From positions 7 through 64,006 of the forward strand of contig JBMZBW010000001.1 in the NCBI GenBank assembly GCA_049612785.1: a DNA stretch of 64,000 nucleotides, in the 5' to 3' direction. Below are positions 23,931-33,478 of this stretch, piece after piece (within the stretch, counting starts at the first letter, position 1; each line of letters starts with the position of its first letter). This DNA is from Alphaproteobacteria bacterium. Its GTDB lineage: Bacteria; Pseudomonadota; Alphaproteobacteria; UBA7985. The notes under the pieces are model-generated. The model was given only the letters and a program-made list of their open reading frames with translations. It was not told the DNA's origin and did not search any database. The position numbers and the translations under genes are program-made.

Positions 23931-25577
23931 ATGATTATGAAATTTCACTTGTTCGCAGGCTCATGCCTTGCAGGTGTCTCGGCTGCCAGCATTTCAAACG
24001 CAGTGGATATTACCCTCGGCGGCTCTATCGATATGGGTATCGAGTTCGGGGTCAGCAAAAACAGCGGTGCCCTGACCTTTGCAGAGGCTTACAACGGCTT
24101 TACCCTCTCCTTCGACCTGAGCGGTACAACCGATATGGGTATGAAGTACGGTGGTTCCTTCTCGTTGGGCACCACGGCTTCCATTGAGTTCAATCCTTAC
24201 GTTTCCGGTGACAAAAAATACCTCGGTAAGGCATCGGTTGAAGGCGCAAACGACATCGTCGGTATGGCCTACAACGTCTCTGGTGGTGCAGCGATCGCTT
24301 CATCCCACATCGTCGCAGTAAAGATCAACTCAAGCTGGCGCTCGGTTGGTGATGTTCGGACGGATTACGTCATCGAGCTGTCCCCAAGCTTTGTTTCCAG
24401 CAACATCTGTAAGGTTGCTGGCCGCGCTGTGGCTGTCGGCTCAAGCTCAATCGTCGCTGGGGATTACGGTCCGTCGACTGCGCCGCAATATGCAAACGCT
24501 GTTGCCAGCGGATACTTGCCTGTTGGTCAGGTTGTTCAGAACACAACCACGAGCGTCCCTGCCGCTGTTGGCGGCGTTGCTGGTCTAAACGCTGGCCAAG
24601 CTTCCGTTGCTGCCACTGTTGGCTTCGAGACGACAAAGGGTGCTGTCGTAGCGATCACAAAGCCGATTGCCGCTATTGCAGCAAGCGCATTTTCAAACCC
24701 CGGCTCCGCAAACATCACCCGTTTTGCCTACCAGGACAAAGGTAGCGTCGACTTTGATGGCTCTGGCAGTGACGGACCAACCGTTACCAGCGCGCGGATT
24801 TACGCTGGCCCGTTCATGGAAGTCAAAATGGCGTCTTCAACCACGAAACTGGTCGTTGGTGCGGCCTGTGTCGAAGGCTTGAACACTTCTGACGCGGCTT
24901 TCTACCTTGATAACGTTTCCAAGGTCATGACTGCGACTGATGCTTCGATCTTCGTCGAAGGCGGTTTTGGTCGACTGACCCTGCAGTCCGGTGATTACTC
25001 TGGTGGTGTTACATCGATTGCCGGTGCCGGCGATCAGGCTGACATCAAGGCTGACGGTCTGGTCGTGATTGGTGAGAGCGTCGGTCTGTTGGGCGCCAAC
25101 CCTTATGTTGCTGTCGATCTGGCACCAAGCTCCTCTTTGGGTGAGCTGGAGCTTGTCACCGGCGCAAGTGTCAACATGGGCAATCTAATTGCGGCCTTTG
25201 ACTTGAAAGTCGGTAGCGATGATCTGATCGCGCTCGATACCTGGGATCTGGGCATGGACTACTCCATGGGCGGCTTGGCCGTTGGCTTTGCGGCTGATTC
25301 CAACAATGACTGGGGTCTGTCTGCAAGCATGGCCGCTGGCGGTTTTGCAGTCGATGCTGAATTCGGCGCAACCGGTAACGAAGACCACACCAAGTCGGGC
25401 ATCGTGTACTCGATCGTTGGTGCAACATCGCTCAACGGCTTTGGCATCTCGCTGGGTCTGGATCAGGATCTGAAGACGTCCTTCGCGGTGTCTTACGGTC
25501 TGGGCAATCTGAACCTCTACGCTGGCTATGATGTTGGTGATGAAGGTGGTGCCGTTGGCGCGACACTGTCCTTCTAA
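23931..25577 (+). CDS. porin-like outer membrane protein (Rhodobacter-type porin family), unusually large (548 aa), paralog 1
   Basis: Signal peptide. Gly/Ala/Ser/Thr/Val-rich beta-strand composition with no hydrophobic helices. The N-terminal GGSIDMGIEFG and SGTTDMGMKYGGSF motifs resemble Rhodobacter porins. It ends in a C-terminal Phe (ATLSF). The upstream region is AT-rich with a strong GGAG ribosome-binding site. Confidence 0.65.
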   Translation: MIMKFHLFAGSCLAGVSAASISNAVDITLGGSIDMGIEFGVSKNSGALTFAEAYNGFTLSFDLSGTTDMGMKYGGSFSLGTTASIEFNPYVSGDKKYLGKASVEGANDIVGMAYNVSGGAAIASSHIVAVKINSSWRSVGDVRTDYVIELSPSFVSSNICKVAGRAVAVGSSSIVAGDYGPSTAPQYANAVASGYLPVGQVVQNTTTSVPAAVGGVAGLNAGQASVAATVGFETTKGAVVAITKPIAAIAASAFSNPGSANITRFAYQDKGSVDFDGSGSDGPTVTSARIYAGPFMEVKMASSTTKLVVGAACVEGLNTSDAAFYLDNVSKVMTATDASIFVEGGFGRLTLQSGDYSGGVTSIAGAGDQADIKADGLVVIGESVGLLGANPYVAVDLAPSSSLGELELVTGASVNMGNLIAAFDLKVGSDDLIALDTWDLGMDYSMGGLAVGFAADSNNDWGLSASMAAGGFAVDAEFGATGNEDHTKSGIVYSIVGATSLNGFGISLGLDQDLKTSFAVSYGLGNLNLYAGYDVGDEGGAVGATLSF

Positions 25578-25637
25578 AAGGACCTTTTTTTCTCGCAGCT
25601 CCGGTCGCTTTGCGACTGGGGGTGCATCCTAGAGTGA

Positions 25638-25678
25638 AAAGAGCCTGTCAGGGTCCATCCTTGGCAGGCTCTTTTTCG
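25638..25678 (+). terminator. Rho-independent terminator downstream of porin 1
   Basis: agagcctg...caggctct stem followed by ttttt. Confidence 0.5.
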
Positions 25679-25755
25679 TCTGTGCCCCAAGACTGGCGTG
25701 GACAAGAGGAAGGCAGGTCGTCAAACTCCGGCTTCTCGTAAAACCGGAACGTGCA

Positions 25756-28248
25756 ATGACCACCAAAATCAGCTCAGACTACCTCATTGTCGGCACTGGC
25801 GCCGTTGGAATGGCATTCGCGGACGTTTTGCTGAGCGAAACAGACGCGACAATGACCATGGTAGACCGCTATCCGGCTCCCGGAGGGCATTGGAATGTCG
25901 CTTATCCCTTTGTTACGCTGCATCAACCCAGTGCTTTCTATGGCGTGAGCTCAAAAGAGCTGAGCAAAGGGCATGTTGATCAGATCGGCTTGAACAAAGG
26001 ACTGAGTGATCTGGCCACGGGCGCCGAAATCAAAGCCTATTTCGATGAAGTGATGCGCCAAACATTTCTGCCTTCGGGCCGAGTGCAGTATTTTCCCATG
26101 TCAGACTATCAGGGGCAGGGGCGCTTCACCTCTTTGCTCTCCGGCGCTGAGAGCGTGGTTGAATTCGACACGCTCGTCGACGCAACCTTTCTTAAAACCA
26201 GCGTGCCAGCGACGCATGAGCCGAACTTTACTGTCGATCCGGGCGTTTCTTTCATTCCGATCAACGGATTGGTCAACGTTCAGGAGCCTCCAGAGCGCTA
26301 TGTCATCGTAGGAGGCGGAAAAACGGGCATTGATGCCTGTCTCTGGCTCTTGCAGAACGGCGTTGATGCGGATCGTATCACTTGGATCATCCCAAGAGAC
26401 GCGTGGATGCTGGACCGTAACAACACCCAGCCGCGGCGCGAATTTTTCGATCAAACCATTGGCTCACAGGCCGCTTTGATGGAATCGCTGGCCGAAGCAA
26501 CCGACCGGGACGATGCCTTTGACCGGTTGGAGGCCTCTGGCTATTTCCTGCGGTTGGATCCTGCGGTTCGACCGGCCATGTTCCACGGCGCAACCATTTC
26601 TCCGGATGAAGTCACAGCGCTGCGGAGCATCAAAGACGTGGTGCGAATGGGACGTGTTACCCGCATCAGCGCAACGCAAATTGAGTTGACGGAAGGGACA
26701 ATTCCGACGTCATCAAGGGCCTTGCACGTCGATTGCAGCGCTTCCGCCATCACCAATCTCGAAACAAAACCGATCTTCAATAACAAGGTCATCACCCCAC
26801 AGATGGTGCGTTCCTATCAGCCTATTTTCAGCGCAGCACTCATCGCGCACGTTGAGGCGGCTTACGAGGGCGACGCTAAGAAGAATGCCCTGTGTGAGGT
26901 TGTTCCCGTGCCGAATTCGGACAGCGACTTCTTTCGCTTTACTGCCGTTTCAATGATGAACCAGTACAATTGGGGGCAGGATAAGACATTGCGCCGCTGG
27001 ATTGCTGATAATCGGCTGGATGGGTTCAGTAAGCTGATCTCAGACATCCCGAAGGAGGATACGCACCGCCGTGGAACGATCCAGCGCATTCGAGATAACT
27101 CAATGCCTGCAATGATGAAGTTACAGCGCTTCATCAAAGAGCTCGACGACGCGGAAGCCTCCACAAACCCACAGCCGGTGACAGAGCTGCAGATCCATAA
27201 ATCTGACCACACCCAAACACGGCTCATGCCTTTCGCACTCCGTGAGCTGGAGGACGGAGAGGTGAGGATGAAAGTCGAGCAGTTCGGGTTTTCGTCCAAC
27301 AACATAACCTATGCGGTCACGGGGCACAGTCTGCGCTACTGGCAGTTCTTTCCGCCGCAAGGTGACAGTGATGACAGTTGGGGTCTGCTGCCGGTTTGGG
27401 GGTTTGCGACCGTTCAAGAAAGTCGATGTGAAGACCTGGAAGAAGGTAGTCGGCTCTTTGGCTACTGGCCAACGGCGAGCCACGTGACCATTCGGCCAAC
27501 CCACATAAACGCGTCACGTGTGGTTGATGGCTCTCCGCACCGTGCGGATTTGGCGCGAGCCTACAACGCTTATCGGCGCATGGGGGAGCCTAATCCCATG
27601 ATGGATCAACCGATGATGCTGCTCTCACCACTCTATATTACCTCCTGGTGCCTATGGGATTATCTCGTTGATAATCAGTGGTTTAGCGCTAACCGCGTTG
27701 TCATAGTCAGCGCTTCATCCAAGACCAGCATCGGCCTCGCAACGGCCTTGAGCATGGACCCGGAAGCCAAGCCTGCCACGGGGTTAACCAGCAGCCGCAA
27801 CCGTGATTTTGTCGCTGGCCTTGGCCTTTATGATCAAATCGTTTCCTACGATGATCTGACCGAACTCGAAGACACGCCGACTGTGGTTGTCGACATGTCC
27901 GGCAATGCGGAGGTTTTGTCCGGTATTCAGCAATACCTGGGCGATAATCTGAAATACTGCATCAACGTAGGCCTGACGCACTGGGATCAACCTGCCCAAG
28001 GGACCGGTATCCCGAAGGATCGTAAGGAAATGTTCTTTGCCCCTGGGCACATCCAGAAACGCTCGGCAGAGTGGGGGGGCAAGGAACTCGACCAACGCAC
28101 GACAGCATTCATGATGCAGGCGGGGATGAAGGCGCAGGGTTGGATTTCGTACCAGTCTCATCGTGGTTTACAGGGTCTGGAAGCGCTCTACGGCGAGGTC
28201 GTTCAGGGAGCGATTGCCCCTGACAAGGGGCTGGTCATCCAGATGTGA
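25756..28248 (+). CDS. two-domain oxidoreductase: N-terminal FAD/NAD(P)-binding flavin-monooxygenase-like domain fused to a C-terminal medium-chain dehydrogenase/reductase (Zn-ADH-like) domain
   Basis: N-terminus has two Rossmann motifs (IVGTGAVG and VIVGGGKTGID) and a GGHWN segment, in FMO-like order. The C-terminus from about residue 500 has a GroES-like/Rossmann pattern (WGLLPVWGFATV...GSRLFGYWP...VVIVSASSKTSIG) typical of MDR-family enzymes. 830 aa. Confidence 0.55.
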   Translation: MTTKISSDYLIVGTGAVGMAFADVLLSETDATMTMVDRYPAPGGHWNVAYPFVTLHQPSAFYGVSSKELSKGHVDQIGLNKGLSDLATGAEIKAYFDEVMRQTFLPSGRVQYFPMSDYQGQGRFTSLLSGAESVVEFDTLVDATFLKTSVPATHEPNFTVDPGVSFIPINGLVNVQEPPERYVIVGGGKTGIDACLWLLQNGVDADRITWIIPRDAWMLDRNNTQPRREFFDQTIGSQAALMESLAEATDRDDAFDRLEASGYFLRLDPAVRPAMFHGATISPDEVTALRSIKDVVRMGRVTRISATQIELTEGTIPTSSRALHVDCSASAITNLETKPIFNNKVITPQMVRSYQPIFSAALIAHVEAAYEGDAKKNALCEVVPVPNSDSDFFRFTAVSMMNQYNWGQDKTLRRWIADNRLDGFSKLISDIPKEDTHRRGTIQRIRDNSMPAMMKLQRFIKELDDAEASTNPQPVTELQIHKSDHTQTRLMPFALRELEDGEVRMKVEQFGFSSNNITYAVTGHSLRYWQFFPPQGDSDDSWGLLPVWGFATVQESRCEDLEEGSRLFGYWPTASHVTIRPTHINASRVVDGSPHRADLARAYNAYRRMGEPNPMMDQPMMLLSPLYITSWCLWDYLVDNQWFSANRVVIVSASSKTSIGLATALSMDPEAKPATGLTSSRNRDFVAGLGLYDQIVSYDDLTELEDTPTVVVDMSGNAEVLSGIQQYLGDNLKYCINVGLTHWDQPAQGTGIPKDRKEMFFAPGHIQKRSAEWGGKELDQRTTAFMMQAGMKAQGWISYQSHRGLQGLEALYGEVVQGAIAPDKGLVIQM

Positions 28249-28296
28249 GCATCTCAGGGCATTGACGCTCAGCGATTGAGCTTTCATTGACGAGGG

Positions 28297-28641
28297 ATGA
28301 TGTCGATTTTTCGCGATAGGCAGGTAAGGCTTGCCATGCTGCTCCTGTACGGGTTGGCGGCACTGTGCCTGTCGCTTGCCCATGCCGAGCGGATCTTTGC
28401 GGAACCTGTCTTGGATCGACCCAGCTTCTGTCTCAGTGAGGTTGAGGCGAACGAGGCCGGGGGTTTGCCGGATTGCGGTCTTTGCAAAGACTTATCTGGT
28501 GCTGTCCCGACTCATTTTTCGCCTGACGCATTTGCCATCTCTCAGCATGTTGAAGCGCTGCGCTTTGTCTCCATCATCAATGTCGGTCTGACATCGCACT
28601 TACCGCCTGTTGGCTCGCGAGCACCCCCTTTGTTTTCCTGA
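28297..28641 (+). CDS. small exported hypothetical protein (signal peptide, four Cys) immediately upstream of PCu(A)C
   Basis: Signal-like MLLLYGLAALCLSLAHA and a CGLC motif. It is co-oriented with, and 37 bp upstream of, the copper-chaperone genes. This could be a DUF2946-like copper-associated protein, but I cannot confirm that. Confidence 0.3.
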   Translation: MMSIFRDRQVRLAMLLLYGLAALCLSLAHAERIFAEPVLDRPSFCLSEVEANEAGGLPDCGLCKDLSGAVPTHFSPDAFAISQHVEALRFVSIINVGLTSHLPPVGSRAPPLFS

Positions 28642-28678
28642 CTCATCCAACGTAAATTTTGAAATCAGGAAACATCCC

Positions 28679-29185
28679 ATGAAAAAGCTTCTTACTGTTT
28701 TTGCCCTTAGCGCTGCTCTGGGCACATCACTCTTTTCCCACGCAGACGATCAGGCGGACCATCACGGTTTGATGATTACGGAGGCCTGGAGCCGCGTGAC
28801 CACACCCGGGGCCAAAGTTGGCGGCGGCTATCTGAAGATTACCAACCATAGCGACAACGACGATCACTTGGAGTCCGTCGCCTCGGACCATTCTGCCAAG
28901 GCCGAAGTTCATTCCATGGTCATGCAAGACGACGTCATGATCATGCGTCCGCTCGAAGAGGGTTTGGCCATTCCAGCAGGTGAGACAGTGTATCTGGCGC
29001 CGGGCGGTCTGCATCTTATGTTCATGCAACTCCGTCAGCCTCACGTTGTCGGGGAACCATTCGACGCCACGCTGAGCTTTAAGCATGCCGGTGAGAAAAC
29101 CGTGTCGTTCGAAGTCTTGTCGATGCGAGACAGCATGGCGCGCGAAACGCAATCTGATGATCATGCGGAGGAACACAAGCATTGA
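28679..29185 (+). CDS. periplasmic copper chaperone PCu(A)C (DUF461)
   Basis: Signal peptide and His/Met-rich motifs (AEVHSMVMQ...MIMRP...GGLHLMFMQL) characteristic of PCuAC. The start was trimmed to the ATG at 28679, which has an AGGAAAC ribosome-binding site. Confidence 0.8.
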   Translation: MKKLLTVFALSAALGTSLFSHADDQADHHGLMITEAWSRVTTPGAKVGGGYLKITNHSDNDDHLESVASDHSAKAEVHSMVMQDDVMIMRPLEEGLAIPAGETVYLAPGGLHLMFMQLRQPHVVGEPFDATLSFKHAGEKTVSFEVLSMRDSMARETQSDDHAEEHKH

Positions 29186-29781
29186 AAGCGCTTCGTTATA
29201 CCTTGTGGGCAGCAGTCGTTCTGGCCGTTGCCGTTGCTGGCGCTATGGTCTGGACGCTCAACCAGCCGGGTCAAACAAACTCCTCAGGAACCGGAGCGCC
29301 CACGCTGGGCGCGCCGTTTTCTCTGGTTGAGGCGAACGGTGAGCCCATAAGCGAGCGCGCCTTTGCCGGGCGACCGACGGCTCTGTTTTTTGGTTTTACT
29401 CAGTGTCCTGAGGTGTGTCCGGTTTCGCTTTACGAGGTCTCTACCCTCATGGATGAACTGGGGGCAGAGCGCCGCGATCTGCAGGCTTTTTTCATCAGTG
29501 TAGACCCGGAACGCGATACACCTGAGGTTCTTGAGTCTTACATCTCACCTTTTGCTGACAACATTCGCGGAATCACGGGTGACTTGTCCGGCATTCTCGC
29601 GCTGGCTAAAGCGTGGGGGATTCACGTCGAAAAGCTGCCTTTGGCAGATGGCGACTACACGGTTGATCACACGGCATCGGTGATTTTGGTGGATCGGGCG
29701 GGAAAGTTCAGAGGAACAATTGCCTACCGCGAAAATCATGAAACCGCCCTGGAAAAACTCAAGCTGATCATCGATCTCTAG
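29182..29781 (+). CDS. SCO1/SenC family copper chaperone (thioredoxin-like)
   Basis: CPEVCP metal-binding motif, an N-terminal transmembrane anchor, and a 4-bp overlap with the PCuAC gene. Confidence 0.85.
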   Translation: MKALRYTLWAAVVLAVAVAGAMVWTLNQPGQTNSSGTGAPTLGAPFSLVEANGEPISERAFAGRPTALFFGFTQCPEVCPVSLYEVSTLMDELGAERRDLQAFFISVDPERDTPEVLESYISPFADNIRGITGDLSGILALAKAWGIHVEKLPLADGDYTVDHTASVILVDRAGKFRGTIAYRENHETALEKLKLIIDL

Positions 29782-29943
29782 GCTTCTGATTCTCTTTTTT
29801 TAATAGGTTTGTCTGCATTTTAAACGATTTAAGATAGGTTATGCGTGGATTCGCGTATATCAGTCGCATAACAGCATTAAATGTCAGTATCATTAGAATA
29901 AGTCGATAATAACTAAATCACCTTTTGGTTTAGGATTTCGACT

Positions 29944-30321
29944 GTGAATCTCGTCATGAAGTTAGCGGCTTTGGTGCTTGTGCTGTGTCCGGCACTGGCA
30001 AACGCCCAGTTTCAGAAAGTGCGTGCAACCGTGAGCCTTCCGGAGCGGTTCGCCCAGACTAAAGTCTGCGATACTTCAGCTTTTCCCCCTTTTAACCGAC
30101 ATGGGCCGTGGCATTTTGATCTGTGTAACGGTGCTGCAGAAGTCATCGTGAGTTGCCACATCTCGGCTTCGATGCGGGCTAAGGAGGTTTTGCCTTCCCC
30201 CATGCTTCGTCGCGCTCTACTGCGGATGATTGAGGAGTTTGAGGCTGGCGCAGGCGTGGAAGAGGCTGTTCACAGCGCTTTGGAGCTCAGATGCGAATAC
30301 GTGTTGAGTGTACCGGGATAA
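29944..30321 (+). CDS. hypothetical secreted protein (signal peptide, Cys/His-containing)
   Basis: Signal peptide MKLAALVLVLCPALANA. Preceded by an AT-rich intergenic region. No recognisable family. Confidence 0.4.
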   Translation: MNLVMKLAALVLVLCPALANAQFQKVRATVSLPERFAQTKVCDTSAFPPFNRHGPWHFDLCNGAAEVIVSCHISASMRAKEVLPSPMLRRALLRMIEEFEAGAGVEEAVHSALELRCEYVLSVPG

Positions 30322-30386
30322 AAAAAGGGGCCAGCACGATTACCGTGCCGGCCCCTCTCGCATCATCAGATTTCAGAACTTTAGCC

Positions 30387-31700
30387 TCAAGTTGGCGGTA
30401 GTTGCTTGGGTGCTTGTGCGGCACGGGTTGGCAGACCAACACTGCCACTCGCCCCGCAATCGGTGCATACAGCCCGCCAACGCGTGTGTTCCGCTCCACA
30501 ACTCGAGCACACCTGCGGTTCAATGGGCAAACTATGACCATTGAGCGCCGTCGGGGATCGGTCCCTTCCGTCGGTTTCCAGGTTTTGAAGCCGAAGCTTG
30601 AGTGCATTGACCCCCACCGCAGAAGAGGTTTCCGGCAGGTCGCCAACGGCATCTTTGGCGATGGCAATATCGCCGCTTTCAATGGCGGCCTCAGCGCGCA
30701 GGTATTGGCTGAACAAGGCGCTTGGGTTTGCCTGAACCAATTCCGCAATGGCGGTGCGCTTCGCAGCAATGCTTTGAGGGTCAAAGGCTCGAAGGTAGGT
30801 GGTTGCGACACCGGCAGTCGGGCGCAGACGCCATGCCTCCACAGCGTGTTCAATAGCCCGCCGCTTGTTGCCGAGTTCGAGGCTGGCCCGTGCTGCCAGC
30901 GAGCGGGCAGGGATGAAGGTAGGGTCATCGGACAGAGCCCGCGTCGCGTGATCAACGGCTTGTCGCCAAGCGCCCTTTTCTGCTGCTTGGAAGGCCAGAT
31001 CCGTTTCGGTCAGGGCCAGACGGTTTTTGGCGTCAGAAGAAGACAGCAGGCGGCGACTGGCCAGTCGTTTGACAGCGCGTTGCGCGCCTTCGAGCTGGCC
31101 TGTCTGGAGACCCATTTCGTACTCGGTTTCCAAGATCCAAGGGGCGTTGGGTTTGATTTTGCGGGCGCGTTCCAACAACTGCTGAACCTCTTTCCGGTCC
31201 CCGCGCGCGAGGGCCTGCATGGTCTTGCCACGCAGACCGAGAAAGGCGGTTTCATCATTCTTCGTCATTTCGTCGAAGTATTTTGCCGCCGATTCCTCAT
31301 CCCCGTTGAGCTGTGCGGCTTGTGCGGTCAGAAGCATGGTCGCTGGGGTTTCTTCGAGCAATTTGTTGGCTCGGCGGGCTTGCTTGTCGGCCTCGTCAGG
31401 GTCACCGGCGGCCAGCGCAACCAAACCATGGGTCAGAGCCTTGTAGCCTCGGTTTTGCCGAGAGATACGCGCGTTTTTCGCCATTTCTGCCGGCATAGCA
31501 AGTGTGCGACGCACGGCGAAATACACCCAGCCAAAGAGCCAAAAGGCAATCAGCAGCCCAAAGAATACAAAACCAAGGTGAAGTTTCAGGCGGTAGCCAA
31601 AAACCTCGAAGGACGCGTTCCAGTCTGGGTTTTCACTGAACACGTAAGCAATCAATGCCAACACGACAAAGAAAGCAGCAAGCAGGATAAATCGGACCAT
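30387..31700 (-). CDS. HemY-like protein (HemY_N domain, TPR repeats, C-terminal Cys4 zinc ribbon)
   Basis: N-terminal double transmembrane region plus TPR repeats, with a C-terminal CSSCGAEH...CTDCGA. In alphaproteobacteria this gene is typically immediately downstream of Mic60. Confidence 0.8.
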   Translation of the reverse strand: MVRFILLAAFFVVLALIAYVFSENPDWNASFEVFGYRLKLHLGFVFFGLLIAFWLFGWVYFAVRRTLAMPAEMAKNARISRQNRGYKALTHGLVALAAGDPDEADKQARRANKLLEETPATMLLTAQAAQLNGDEESAAKYFDEMTKNDETAFLGLRGKTMQALARGDRKEVQQLLERARKIKPNAPWILETEYEMGLQTGQLEGAQRAVKRLASRRLLSSSDAKNRLALTETDLAFQAAEKGAWRQAVDHATRALSDDPTFIPARSLAARASLELGNKRRAIEHAVEAWRLRPTAGVATTYLRAFDPQSIAAKRTAIAELVQANPSALFSQYLRAEAAIESGDIAIAKDAVGDLPETSSAVGVNALKLRLQNLETDGRDRSPTALNGHSLPIEPQVCSSCGAEHTRWRAVCTDCGASGSVGLPTRAAQAPKQLPPT

Positions 31701-31732
31701 AGTGTCGTCTCCCGTTCAGGCTTCCCAGCCGG

Positions 31733-33259
31733 TTAGTTGGATACCGATGCGCGGGCCGAATTCAGGGTCGTGGTTACCCAGTCCCCCAGAATGCGGCGCT
31801 GATCTTCGTAGGTGGCGCGATTACCTAAATCCGTGACAAGACCGTCAAAGCGAGCTTGCGTTTCGGGAGAAAGGTTCATTTCAACCGTATCATCAAGCAA
31901 CTCCGTCAAAGCTGCGTCGTAGTCACCTTCAAGCACTCGAGCGGAGGCGCGGGCCATGTTGCCTTCGATGCCGGGAATGGCTGAGATATCTTCAATCTTT
32001 TCGATTGAGACCAGACTTTCCAGGCGCGCGATGACCTTACCGCCCCGCCCTTCGGCAGAGTTGATACGGGTTTCATTGATCAGCTTGGGGCTGAGAGCCT
32101 GAATGGTTTCGGCCAGGATTTGCTGAGTTGGGACGCGCATATCGGCAATGGCGTCCACGGTAGAGAGCACGCTCAACAGGGGCGCTTCGGTTGGGTTCAA
32201 TGCTTCCAGCGAAGACATATGAGACCGAACCGGGGCAGAGGACGCCAAAGCATCCCGAAGTTGGTTTACGGCGAGAACCTTGGTGGACGTCTCAACCGAG
32301 ACTTCTTTGAGCGCCGTGAATTCATCGCTGAGCCCACTCATCGACTCTGCGACCACAGCAAGCTGTTCCGCCGTCAGCGCTTTGGCTTCATCCAGTGTTG
32401 TCGACAGGGCAGACATTTGCTCACTCATGGTCGATTGGACGCTTGCCAATCGCTCGCTGAAGGCTGCAGAGGTCTCTTCAAACTGGGCTGTGACGGCTGA
32501 GCGGGTTTCGCTGAGGGCAGAATCGGTTTGGCTCGATAGATCCGCAAAGGCGCTCATGCCTGCATCAATAGAGGACTGCAGACCGGCGATTTGGTCGTTT
32601 GAGGATGCCCGGACGTCTTCGATGGCGACTGCGATTTGCTCGCTGACCTGCGCGGGCAGATCATTCAGGGCGCCTTCGGCGTTCTGCAGGCGCTCGGTCA
32701 GGTTTGCGACGAGGGTCTGGTTGCTGGCAAAGTCGGTGGAGAGTTCACCCAGTCGAGCCAGAGAACCATCCATGGTTTCTGCCAAGTCGGCAATCTGTGC
32801 ATTGACTGAACTCAGTGCGCCCTCTTCGTCGAGGTTCATCAAAGCGGTGGGCTCAGCCGCAGCTGCCGGTACCACGTCTGCGCGGTCCAAGCTGGCGGTA
32901 ACGCGGTCCAATTCGGTGTTCAGGGCGGCAATCGTCGCGGCAAGGTCAGCTTCGACCTGATCGACGCTGCTCTTCACAGAAGCCAGCTCTCCTTCGAGCA
33001 AAGAGAGGTTGGCCGATCCATCTTTGGGCGCTGCTTCAATGGCCTTAAGTCGAGCTTCAATGCTCTCAAAGGTTCCTTGGGTCTCACTGAAATCTGTAGG
33101 GTCGTTGTCCCGGATGACAAACACCAGAGCAATCGCGCTCACAACCAGCGCAAGAACGGCAACGATGAGCGAAAGATTCATCGACTTCTTTTCAGAAGCT
33201 TCCGTTACATCTTCCGCGCTGGCTTCAATGATAGTGGCTTCTTGGGTGTTCTCGGCCAT
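31733..33259 (-). CDS. mitofilin/Mic60-like protein (alphaproteobacterial Mic60 homolog)
   Basis: N-terminal transmembrane anchor, long coiled-coil region, and a C-terminal mitofilin-like domain. Its position between hemD and the HemY-like gene matches the known conserved synteny. The start was trimmed to the ATG at 33259 (MAENTQEAT). Confidence 0.7.
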   Translation of the reverse strand: MAENTQEATIIEASAEDVTEASEKKSMNLSLIVAVLALVVSAIALVFVIRDNDPTDFSETQGTFESIEARLKAIEAAPKDGSANLSLLEGELASVKSSVDQVEADLAATIAALNTELDRVTASLDRADVVPAAAAEPTALMNLDEEGALSSVNAQIADLAETMDGSLARLGELSTDFASNQTLVANLTERLQNAEGALNDLPAQVSEQIAVAIEDVRASSNDQIAGLQSSIDAGMSAFADLSSQTDSALSETRSAVTAQFEETSAAFSERLASVQSTMSEQMSALSTTLDEAKALTAEQLAVVAESMSGLSDEFTALKEVSVETSTKVLAVNQLRDALASSAPVRSHMSSLEALNPTEAPLLSVLSTVDAIADMRVPTQQILAETIQALSPKLINETRINSAEGRGGKVIARLESLVSIEKIEDISAIPGIEGNMARASARVLEGDYDAALTELLDDTVEMNLSPETQARFDGLVTDLGNRATYEDQRRILGDWVTTTLNSARASVSN

Positions 33260-33478
33260 GATTTGGTTCCTTAACGAATTCGCGGCGCGCTGATGCGTGT
33301 TTGCAGTTGGGGCAGAAACATGTGGTGGAGCCTGCCCGTTCACGGTCCGCAACATCGCGTTTTCCAGAGACTTGCCAGATACAAACTACTGCCGACATCG
33401 ACGCAAGCCAAGAATACGTGACGAAATGCTTGGAAGCACCCAGCACACCAATTTATATAAAATTTTTTATAAATAGAC

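Noticed and set aside
30402-31736. 444-aa plus-strand ORF opposite the HemY-like gene
   Set aside because: Antisense shadow ORF. The minus-strand product has clear family features.
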